Part shown: positions 1 through 8,538 of the stretch, one piece after another
How positions within the stretch are numbered: position 1 is the first letter of the stretch
Layout of the letters: every line of letters begins with the position of its first letter
Source of the DNA: Gloeobacterales cyanobacterium
GTDB taxonomy: Bacteria; Cyanobacteriota; Cyanobacteriia; Gloeobacterales; PMM-0068
Length of the DNA stretch: 24,731 bases
Reading direction: 5' to 3'
NCBI GenBank assembly: GCA_038245785.1
Contig: JBBRSB010000044.1
Location: 1-24,731, forward strand
Program-made: the position numbers and the translations under genes
The notes under the pieces: model-generated
Seen by the model: only the letters and a program-made list of their open reading frames with translations
Told to the model about the DNA's origin: nothing
Database searches by the model: none

Positions 1-128
1 GGTGCCAGAAATTATCCTGACTTAGCTAAAGCAATCGAAGAAGCCTTCGAGAAAGTATCGCTTGATGACATTCGAGGTTGGTTCACTCATTGCTGTTACT
101 GTACCTCAGCAGACTAGGAACCGCTATA
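1..128 (+). mobile_element. 3' end of an IS630-family element: transposase C-terminus (1..117), right terminal end and TA target dinucleotide
   Basis: Frame 1 reads GARNYPDLAKAIEEAFEKVSLDDIRGWFTHCCYCTSAD* (TAG 115-117). This resembles the C-terminal ..DIRxWFxHCxY motif of cyanobacterial IS630 transposases. It is followed by GAACCGCTA-TA (118-128), consistent with an IS630 end plus TA target site. The element runs off the window edge. Confidence 0.85.
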
Positions 129-153
129 CCGAGCTTCTTGATAGCTGGGAGGA

Positions 154-350
154 TCATCCATGTTCATGATTTCTAGGAAGCATTATGAGATTTAGAGATC
201 TCTTGAATATATAGATCTGCTGACGCTCATCTAGGGTAAGCTGCTGGTAGCTCATAGAGGTTTCTGTCTCGTTGTTGTAAACGTCAGGTTACCTCTGTGA
301 GCCTCTTATGACAAGACCCTCAGCTGTTGCACTTCATTTTTGAATCAGCG
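154..350 (-). mobile_element. Truncated IS30-family element: left end plus about the first 17 transposase codons
   Basis: Minus strand from 350 reads CGCTGATTCAAAAATGAAGTGCAAC, resembling IS30-family terminal repeats. ATG at 255 starts MSYQQLTLDERQQIYIF, typical of the IS30 transposase N-terminal HTH (Y.QLT..ER.QI). Similarity is then lost and the frame stops at 154-156. Confidence 0.7.
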
Positions 351-650
351 ATTTAAGTTTCCTTTTTTAATTTTAGAACTCTCTCTAGCACTCTTGTCAG
401 AATGCCCATTGCTTTTATATAAGTAACGAAGAGTTATTAATTTGTAAATTTGTTTGTCTGATAAATTTTAGCAATATGCGTATGAAATTGTTCTGCTCAA
501 GCGACAGGGAATAGTCCGTCTTCTTGAGATGGATTGTAGTGCGCCTGTGAAGTAGGGATTGAGCCGAGATAGATGAAAAAATTTATCACATCGGCTGAAA
601 AAGCTTACTGATTCTAACTTTCAGCCTTTGCAACTATCGGATATTATTCA

Positions 651-687
651 TTGCTTTCTCATCCACCATGAATTACAATGTAATTCA
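651..687 (+). promoter_or_regulatory. Sigma70-type promoter with overlapping palindromic operator of the dinJ-yafQ operon
   Basis: -35 TTGCTT (651-656), 17-bp spacer, -10 TACAAT (674-679). Perfect inverted repeat TGAATTACA-A-TGTAATTCA (669-687) covers the -10 box, as expected for autorepression by an RHH antitoxin. Confidence 0.75.
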
Positions 688-707
688 ACTCATAAGGGAA
701 AGCGATC

Positions 708-971
708 ATGGCTGCAAATCAGCTTGTACAGGCCCGCATTGACGGAGCCATTAAAGAAGAGGCCGCCGCCGTGCTCGCAGCGATGGGGCTTACCGTGTCC
801 GATGCGGTTCGGCTTTTACTAACCAAGATTGCGCACGAGCACGCCCTACCTTTTGATCCGCTAATTCCCAATGCCACCACCATAGCGGCAATAAAGGAGG
901 CGCGCGCCGGGAACCTACCTCGTGCCAACAGCATCACAGAACTGATGACCGCTCTTCATGCGGACGATTGA
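708..971 (+). CDS. dinJ: Type II TA antitoxin, RelB/DinJ family
   Basis: 87 aa with VQARID..IKEEAAAVLAAMGLTVSDAVRLLL..IA.E.ALPF..LIPN..T..AI.EAR. Purine-rich RBS upstream. Overlaps the start of the toxin gene. Confidence 0.93.
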   Translation: MAANQLVQARIDGAIKEEAAAVLAAMGLTVSDAVRLLLTKIAHEHALPFDPLIPNATTIAAIKEARAGNLPRANSITELMTALHADD

Positions 972-1239
972 ATGGACAAGCTAGTTCAAGCGCGACTACA
1001 AGCGTGAGGGCAAAGGTCAACACCGGAAAACGCTCGACGTTGACTTGTTTCCCGTAGTGGACGCACTGGCGAACGATCAACTGCTTGAGCCGCGTTACCG
1101 CGACCACGTGCTGACCGGCGACTGGCAAGATCACCGGGACTGTCATATCAAACCTGACCTGGTGTTGATTTACCAAAAGCCGGACGGGGATACCCTGCGA
1201 CTAGTGCGGATCGGGTCGCATAGCGAACTTAGTTTTTGA
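958..1239 (+). pseudogene. yafQ: YafQ-family mRNA interferase toxin, interrupted by an in-frame TAG at codon 9
   Basis: ATG 958 gives MRTIEWTS*FKRDYKREGKG..RDHVLTGDWQDHRDCHIKPDLVLIY..LRLVRIGSHSELSF. TAG at 982-984 is in the same frame as track ORF 1045..1239. Confidence 0.88.
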
Positions 1240-1382
1240 AACGGGGTCTGGGGAGCAGTGGGACGACAAATGCACTTAAGCGCCCTCCTTCGAGTTACGC
1301 AGTGGCTTCAATTCACCTCTGGCAAAGGCTTCTGGCACCGCAAACGAATAACGCCTCCAGCAAGAATAACGCTCGCGAAAGT

Positions 1383-1506
1383 ATGGTTCAAATGAGAGTA
1401 ACACTTTTGGGAAAGCCTAAAAGGCTAGAACCCCTGATAGCTATGGCAAAAACACCTTAGCCCCTTGGGCAAAAGTGTTACTCTTCAACCTGGTGCCTTG
1501 AACCAT
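1383..1506. repeat. Nested inverted-repeat element (MITE-like or IS-end-like)
   Basis: Perfect 15-bp IR AGAGTAACACTTTTG (1395-1409) / CAAAAGTGTTACTCT (1470-1484). It is enclosed by a 9-bp IR ATGGTTCAA (1383-1391) / TTGAACCAT (1498-1506). Confidence 0.6.
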
Positions 1507-1678
1507 GTCCCTTATCTTAGCAATCACGTTAAAACTCAGCGGAGCAGTCACCCTCTCCGCTGGTCTTTAGGGGACAGTGAGACGGATTCCCTGGGAGGAT
1601 TAACTTTAATCTTCTAACACTCGACTTGCCGCAGCACACTACTATATTTAGGCGAAGACCCCTTATATTGAGTAACCT

Positions 1679-2248
1679 ATGCCAACAAGAAAATCGACAG
1701 TAAATCAAACTGTTTACCAACTCAAAATCACCCTTAAAGACATTCGACCTCCTATTTGGAGAAGGGTAATTATTAAGAATTCTACGACGCTCCAACAGTT
1801 ACATCTGATTGTGCAAGAGACAATGGGCTGGGAAAACTATCACATGCATCAGTTTTCCATTGCAGGCATTGATTATGGTCAACCAGAACAAGGGGGTGAC
1901 TTTGATGTGCATTCGGAAAATACTGTAAAGTTAAGTCAAGTTGTTGTTGGGGAGAAGTTCAAATTCTTCTATGCGTACGATTTTGGGGATGACTGGGAAC
2001 ACGAAATTTTAGTGGAGAAAGAACTACCATATTCTTCAGACATACACTATCCTGTGTGCATCACTGGGAAACGCGCTTGTCCGCCTGAGGATTGTGGTGG
2101 CCCTTGGGGCTATGCAGAGTTGTTGGAGATAATTACAGACCCGTCCCACCCAGAATATGAGGAGCGGATAGAGTGGGTGGGAGGAAGCTTTGAACCGGAT
2201 GTTTTCGATATAGATGAAGTTAATCAAAGGTTAGAGGAATATAGATGA
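1679..2248 (+). CDS. Plasmid pRiA4b ORF-3 family protein
   Basis: 189 aa with YQLKITL..IRPPIWRR, LH.IVQ..MGWENYH.H.F, Y.YDFGDDWEH and G.RACPPEDCGG.WGY motifs. Confidence 0.92.
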   Translation: MPTRKSTVNQTVYQLKITLKDIRPPIWRRVIIKNSTTLQQLHLIVQETMGWENYHMHQFSIAGIDYGQPEQGGDFDVHSENTVKLSQVVVGEKFKFFYAYDFGDDWEHEILVEKELPYSSDIHYPVCITGKRACPPEDCGGPWGYAELLEIITDPSHPEYEERIEWVGGSFEPDVFDIDEVNQRLEEYR

Positions 2249-2375
2249 GATGTGGGATCGTCAAATTGAATCTGATTTAGCATCTGGAAAGCTAGATCAC
2301 CTCATTGCCCGCACAGAAGCAGACATTTCCGTCCTTAGAGTGAAAAATCTCAATGAAGTCTTTCACGACGGCTGA
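2244..2375 (+). pseudogene. C-terminal remnant of a small putative antitoxin
   Basis: Reads DEMWDRQIESDLASGKLDHLIARTEADISVLRVKNLNEVFHDG*. The WDRQIE.D...GKLD.L motif is typical of small proteins upstream of RelE/ParE-like toxins. The N-terminal part appears missing and the remnant abuts the pRiA4b stop. Confidence 0.65.
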
Positions 2376-2525
2376 TTTCTGGAAAGCTTACACAGAACTA
2401 TCTCTGGACATGAAAAAGAAGGCTTAGAGAACGTATCAGCTCTGGCAGGACAATCCAATGCATCCTTCTTTACACTTTAAAAAGTAGGCAAAAATCTCTG
2501 GTCTATCCGTGTCAGCAGTGGATTT
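2353..2525 (+). pseudogene. RelE/ParE-like toxin pseudogene (nonsense codon, frameshift, truncation)
   Basis: ATG 2353 gives MKSFTTADFWKAYTELSLDMKKKA*RTYQLWQDNPMHPSLHFK (TAG 2425-2427). Adding one base in the A5 run (2479-2483) restores KVGKNLWSIRVSSGF. Similarity ends near 2525. Confidence 0.72.
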
Positions 2526-2553
2526 AAAAACGTCGTCTCAGCAGGAAGAGCCA

Positions 2554-2946
2554 ATGAGAACTTTTGTGACCGATGGCGAAGGTCTACCCAACTGGTCATC
2601 ACCGATTAGCCATGCTGTTGTAGTTGACAACATTTGCTATCTGAGCGATCAACTGTCCGTTGATGAATCTGGAAAATATGTTCCAGGAACGATCGAAGAG
2701 GAAGCCAAGCGCGCCTTTGGCAACCTCTTTGCAGCGCTTAAGGCAGCAGGCTTCTCCATTGAAGACATAACATTTGTTGACATTGCTTTTCTCGATCTCG
2801 CTGACGTGGATGAAGTGAACAAGTTATGTATAAATCTCTTTCCTGAAAGTAGGCGACCCGCGCGAACTATTTATCAGGCAGCCGCCTTGCCTTTAGGTGG
2901 GCGCGTGAAGGTGATGGGCGTAGCTATTAGAGAGAATGTTGGTTAA
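2554..2946 (+). CDS. RidA/YjgF/YER057c/UK114 family protein
   Basis: PISHAVVVDNICYLSDQL, IEEEAKRAFGNL.AALKAAG.SIEDI, RPART and LPLGGRV motifs. ATG 2554 is preceded by AGGAAGAG. The track's GTG start at 2509 lies inside the toxin remnant. Confidence 0.85.
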   Translation: MRTFVTDGEGLPNWSSPISHAVVVDNICYLSDQLSVDESGKYVPGTIEEEAKRAFGNLFAALKAAGFSIEDITFVDIAFLDLADVDEVNKLCINLFPESRRPARTIYQAAALPLGGRVKVMGVAIRENVG

Positions 2947-2954
2947 TCTTACAG

Positions 2955-3023
2955 GGGTTTGGCACCTCGCCCTGAGCTTGTCGTGTCCGGCAGGCGCAGC
3001 CGAGAAGAGTGCCAAACCCGTAC
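2955..3023. repeat. REP-like palindromic intergenic repeat with a large loop
   Basis: GGGTTTGGCAC (2955-2965) / GTGCCAAACCC (3009-3019), followed by a GTAC foot. The loop contains CCCTGAGCTTGTCG..GCGCAGCCGAGAAG. Confidence 0.6.
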
Positions 3024-3164
3024 AGAGAGGCGATGGGGTCAGACGGCCAGGCTGTTTTCAATAAAGAGTGCATTAAATTTAGTCGATCCCTAAACAACTG
3101 GCATCATAATGACTCTTCTACATCAAGAACTGTAACGATGAGCCCTGGTTCTCGATTTCAGTAA

Positions 3165-4523
<1,359 letters not shown>

Positions 4524-4784
4524 CCGCTTGCCCAAGAGTGAATACTCTAAGCGCAGTTACCGATAGGCACATGGACAAGGAAAGGTTCGTAGGTTCGAGC
4601 GCAATTAGATCTTCCGACCTATATAGTGTCCACAGAGGCCACAGAGATTTCAGGAGCGACACCCAATCGGAGCGATGGGTGAAAGTTGATTTGCATTCAT
4701 CTATACTTTATCTCGTCAGGAGTAGACGTTCTTCTACCCGTGCGTTCATCGTAATGGGCTAATCTTTCTTGTCCTCTCTTGAAT

Positions 4785-4821
4785 TCATATTCTGAAGATA
4801 AGAGAAATTTTCAGAATATGA
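4785..4821. promoter_or_regulatory. 12-bp perfect inverted repeat upstream of STAND gene 1 (candidate operator or hairpin)
   Basis: TCATATTCTGAA (4785-4796), 13-nt spacer, TTCAGAATATGA (4810-4821). Ends 108 bp before the ATG at 4930. Confidence 0.5.
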
Positions 4822-4929
4822 TGCTGGGCAGGAATTGAACTAGAATACAGCTAACATTTGTCTAAAACGACTGTCCTGAACTTAATTAACATATAAACAA
4901 TAAGTTCGTCTCTATTCTACTGTAGACCC

Positions 4930-7900
4930 ATGAATCTAGAAGAAGCACTCGCCATTTTAGATGAGCTACTCAAAAAAGAGTCTCTCAACGATATTCAGGA
5001 ATTAGTATTTCGTCAGACCTGGCAGGGAATGACCTATGCCGAAATTGCAGAGGAAACGAATTACGATCCTGACTATATAAAATATGTTGGCTATCAACTA
5101 TGGAAAATGCTCTCAAAAGCGACAGAAGAGAAAGTTACCAAGAGTAATTTTAAAACTGTCCTACGCAGAAAAGTTCAGTTACAAGTTCCTAAAGAATCTA
5201 TCATTTCCTCTCCTCTTGCGTCACAAGAGATAGTGGAAGTTCAGAGGAAACCATGTTTTCAAGATTGGGGAGAAGCAGTCGATGTATCTATCTTCTATGG
5301 GCGAAACCAGGAACTTAGTCTCTTGCATACATGGTTATCGAAAGAGCATTGTCGTCTAGTCCTACTGTTAGGAATGGGCGGAATTGGCAAAACAGCACTT
5401 TCTGTAAAACTGGCAGAACAAGCCTGTGAGCCGATGCCTAGTGAGTCCTCAGAAGCATTTGAATATATCAGTTGGCGTTCTTTACGCAATGCTCCCCCTT
5501 TAGAAGAAATTCTGATAGACCTGCTTAAATTTTTATCTAATCAGCAGGAACTTCAACTACCCAGCACAACTAATGGCAAAATATCACGACTGATCGAATA
5601 TCTGCGCAAGCACCGCTGTCTCATCGTTTTAGACAATACAGAATCTATTCTGTGTGAAACTCCAGTCGGTCACTACCGCGAAGGCTATGAGGACTATGGA
5701 GAACTGTTCAAACGGTTGGGAGAAGAGCGACATCAAAGCTGTCTTGTCTTGACCAGTCGCGAAAAGCCTAGAGAATTTGCTTCCTTAGAAGGGGATATGC
5801 TACCGGTCCGTTCTCTGTTGTTAAAAGGCCTAGAGGAAACCCAAGGATGCAAAATCCTAACGACCAGAAGTCTGCGGGGGCCGGAGGAAGACCAAAAAAA
5901 ACTGGTTGAACGCTATCGAGGGAATCCTCTTGCTTTAAAAATAGTCTCTACCTCTATCCGAGATCTATTTGATGGGAATATTACCGATTTTCTAAGAGAA
6001 GGAAGTATTGTTTTTAATGGTATTCGCAGTCTTCTAAAACAACAGTTTGAACGTTTGTCTGATATAGAAACAAAAGTCATGTATTGGCTAGCTATTAATC
6101 GAGAGCCTGTGCTTTTACATGAATTACAAGAGGATATTATTCCTCCTGTTTCTATGCCTAAGCTGTTAGAAGCCTTAGAATCTCTAGGTCGTCGCGCTCT
6201 AATTGAGAAAGGCCCCGCAGGCTTTACACAGCAGCCTGTAGTCATGGAATATGTTACAGAGCAGCTAATTGAACAAGTTTGCCAAGAACTTGTGACCGAG
6301 AAGGTCTCCATGATTGCGAATTATGCGCTGGCTAAAGCTCAGGCCAAAGACTATGTGAGAGAAAGTCAAGTCCGTATTATTTTAGAGCCGATTACAGACC
6401 AGCTTCGAAATACCTTTAAATCCCAACGAGATATTGAACATAAGCTCAAGCAAATACTACTAAAACTACAGAGAGAGCATGCTAATTCTTCTGGATATGC
6501 TGGGGGAAATATTGTTAACATACTCCGTCAGCTCCAGGCAGATCTAACGAGTTATGACTTTTCCAATCTTGCTATTTGGCAAGCTTATTTAAAAGATGTC
6601 AACCTTTATCAAGTTAACTTTTCTCATGCGGATTTGGCTAAGTCTGTTTTTGCAGAGAATTTAAGTCAAGTCCCTTCCGTCAAATTCAGCCCTAATGGAA
6701 AGTACTTGGCGACAGGAGATGGTCGGGGAGTGATCCAGATTTGGCAGGTTGCAGATGGCAAGCAACTTTTGAACTACTTGGGTCATGATGGCTGGATTTG
6801 GTCTGTAGCTTTCAGCCCTGATGGGAAAATCCTCGCCAGTGGCGGTGTAGATAACACGGTGAAGCTGTGGGATGCGCACACGGGTGACTGTCTGAAAATA
6901 CTTCAAGGACATGAACACTGGGTCCTTGCTGTAGCTTTTAGTCCCGATGGGAAAATCCTTGCCAGTGGCAGTACCGACCGGACGATAAGACTTTGGGATG
7001 TGGAGACAGGGCAATGTCTGCGCGTACTAAAAGGACACGCAGGACCCGTTTGGTCTGTGGTCTTTAATGGTGCCGGACTCCTGGCCAGCGGCAGCCAGGA
7101 CCGGACGATCCGTTTTTGGGACTCAACTTCGGGGCAATCCCTAGAACTTTTGGAAGGACACACTGATTTAATCTTTTCTGTAGCCTTTAGCCCTGATGGA
7201 AAGATACTCGCCAGCGGCAGCACAGACCAGACGGCCAGGCTTTGGGACGTGGCTACAGGCCAATGCCTAAACGTGCTGGAACATCCTAATTGGTTGTTTT
7301 CCGTAGCCTTTAGCCTGGATGGTCAAATACTGGCCAGTGGCGGCAAAGATCATATTGTGAGGCTTTGGGATGTTGCCTCAGGGCGTTGTGCAAAAGCGCT
7401 AAGGGGGCATACCAATTGGGTCTACTCCGTTGCCTACACAACCGTCAGCAATGGTGCTATAGGTCAAATATTAGCCAGTAGCAGTTCGGATGAAACCATC
7501 CGGTTTTGGGATGCCGATGGTCAAGGGCTCAGGACTTTACAGGGACATGCCAATTGGGTACTCTCTGTGGCGTTGAGTCCAGATGGGCATATTATTAGCG
7601 GCTGCCAAGACCATAACGTCAGGGTCTGGGATGCCAACACAGGTCAGTGCCTAAAAGTCCTCTCCAAACATAAAAGTAAAATTTGGTCGGTAGCCTGTAG
7701 TCCTGACGGACAGGTATGGGCTAGCGGCAGTGATGATAACGAAATAGCCCTCTGGGATGCTGGAACAGGACCCACAGCAGGACAGTGTTTGAAAGTACTA
7801 CAGGGACATTCCAGTGCTGTTTATTCCATCGCATTTAGTCCGGATAGCCAAACTCTGGCCAGTGGCAGTCAAGACCAAACCGCTGCGATTTGGGATATCG

Positions 7901-8538
7901 CGACCGGAAAACGGATTAGAACCTTGCATGGACATAGCCAATGGGTACTTACCGTCGCCTACAGTCCCGATGGCAAGATGCTGGTAACCGGTAGCCAGGA
8001 TGAAACGATTAAGCTTTGGGATCTGGCGACGGGGGAATGTTTGCGAACATTCCAGGGCCATACTGGTCCCGTTTGGTCCGTGGCCGTCAGTCCCGATGGC
8101 ATCCTGCTGGCCAGTGGTAGTCAAGATGGAACGATTAAGCTATGGAAAGTGGCGACTGGAGAATGTTTGCATACTTTGCAAGGTCACTCAGGGCCAGTAT
8201 GGTCTGTAGCCTTTCATCCTGACGGGACACAGCTTGCCAGCGGCAGCCAGGACGAGATGGTTATGCTTTGGGACGTTGCCAGCGGAGCCTGTCTCCAGAC
8301 CTTACGAGGCCATGCGCGTCGGGTCTGCGCGGTGGCTTTTAGCCAAGATGGACAGACCCTTCTTAGTGGCAGCCAAGATGAATCGATGAGGCTTTGGTCT
8401 CTTCGTGATGGAGAAGAATGCAGGATACTAAGACCCGATAGACTCTATGAAGGCATGAACCTTACCGGGGTTACCGGGCTCACAGAATCGCAAAAAGTGA
8501 CCCTGAAATCTCTAGGAGCTTTCGCGCTAGAAGGTTAA
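4930..8538 (+). CDS. STAND/NLR-like protein: N-terminal HTH, NB-ARC ATPase, pentapeptide-like linker, 14 WD40 repeats
   Basis: 1202 aa. HTH-like QTWQGMTYAEIAEETNYDPDYIK; DWGEAVDVSIFYGR; Walker A GMGGIGKT (5371-5394); Walker B LIVLDNTE; TSRE; GNPLAL; DFSNLAIWQAYLKDVNL. I count 14 WD40 repeats (~6661-8400). C-terminal RPDRLYEGMNLTGVTGLT tail. Confidence 0.95.
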   Translation: MNLEEALAILDELLKKESLNDIQELVFRQTWQGMTYAEIAEETNYDPDYIKYVGYQLWKMLSKATEEKVTKSNFKTVLRRKVQLQVPKESIISSPLASQEIVEVQRKPCFQDWGEAVDVSIFYGRNQELSLLHTWLSKEHCRLVLLLGMGGIGKTALSVKLAEQACEPMPSESSEAFEYISWRSLRNAPPLEEILIDLLKFLSNQQELQLPSTTNGKISRLIEYLRKHRCLIVLDNTESILCETPVGHYREGYEDYGELFKRLGEERHQSCLVLTSREKPREFASLEGDMLPVRSLLLKGLEETQGCKILTTRSLRGPEEDQKKLVERYRGNPLALKIVSTSIRDLFDGNITDFLREGSIVFNGIRSLLKQQFERLSDIETKVMYWLAINREPVLLHELQEDIIPPVSMPKLLEALESLGRRALIEKGPAGFTQQPVVMEYVTEQLIEQVCQELVTEKVSMIANYALAKAQAKDYVRESQVRIILEPITDQLRNTFKSQRDIEHKLKQILLKLQREHANSSGYAGGNIVNILRQLQADLTSYDFSNLAIWQAYLKDVNLYQVNFSHADLAKSVFAENLSQVPSVKFSPNGKYLATGDGRGVIQIWQVADGKQLLNYLGHDGWIWSVAFSPDGKILASGGVDNTVKLWDAHTGDCLKILQGHEHWVLAVAFSPDGKILASGSTDRTIRLWDVETGQCLRVLKGHAGPVWSVVFNGAGLLASGSQDRTIRFWDSTSGQSLELLEGHTDLIFSVAFSPDGKILASGSTDQTARLWDVATGQCLNVLEHPNWLFSVAFSLDGQILASGGKDHIVRLWDVASGRCAKALRGHTNWVYSVAYTTVSNGAIGQILASSSSDETIRFWDADGQGLRTLQGHANWVLSVALSPDGHIISGCQDHNVRVWDANTGQCLKVLSKHKSKIWSVACSPDGQVWASGSDDNEIALWDAGTGPTAGQCLKVLQGHSSAVYSIAFSPDSQTLASGSQDQTAAIWDIATGKRIRTLHGHSQWVLTVAYSPDGKMLVTGSQDETIKLWDLATGECLRTFQGHTGPVWSVAVSPDGILLASGSQDGTIKLWKVATGECLHTLQGHSGPVWSVAFHPDGTQLASGSQDEMVMLWDVASGACLQTLRGHARRVCAVAFSQDGQTLLSGSQDESMRLWSLRDGEECRILRPDRLYEGMNLTGVTGLTESQKVTLKSLGAFALEG

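Noticed and set aside
459..626. TGATAAATTTT / AAAATTTATCA (459-469 / 578-588) and GGCTGAAA / TTTCAGCC (593-600 / 619-626) inverted repeats as possible Tn7/CAST ends
   Set aside because: Short and AT-rich, with no array of TnsB-like sites and no tns genes in the window.
1236..1460. 74-aa ORF overlapping the yafQ stop as a third TA component
   Set aside because: TTG start, no recognisable motif, and it reads through the inverted-repeat element.
4524..4780. Short ORFs after eno (4538..4762 +, 4411..4662 -)
   Set aside because: No recognisable motifs or RBS. A faint WD40-like phrase on the minus strand is too weak to call.
6661..8400. Periodic DNA repeats suggesting a CRISPR array or DGR template/variable repeats
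   Set aside because: They are in-frame ~126-nt WD40 coding repeats. No cas or reverse transcriptase gene is present, and I saw no adenine-specific mismatch pattern.
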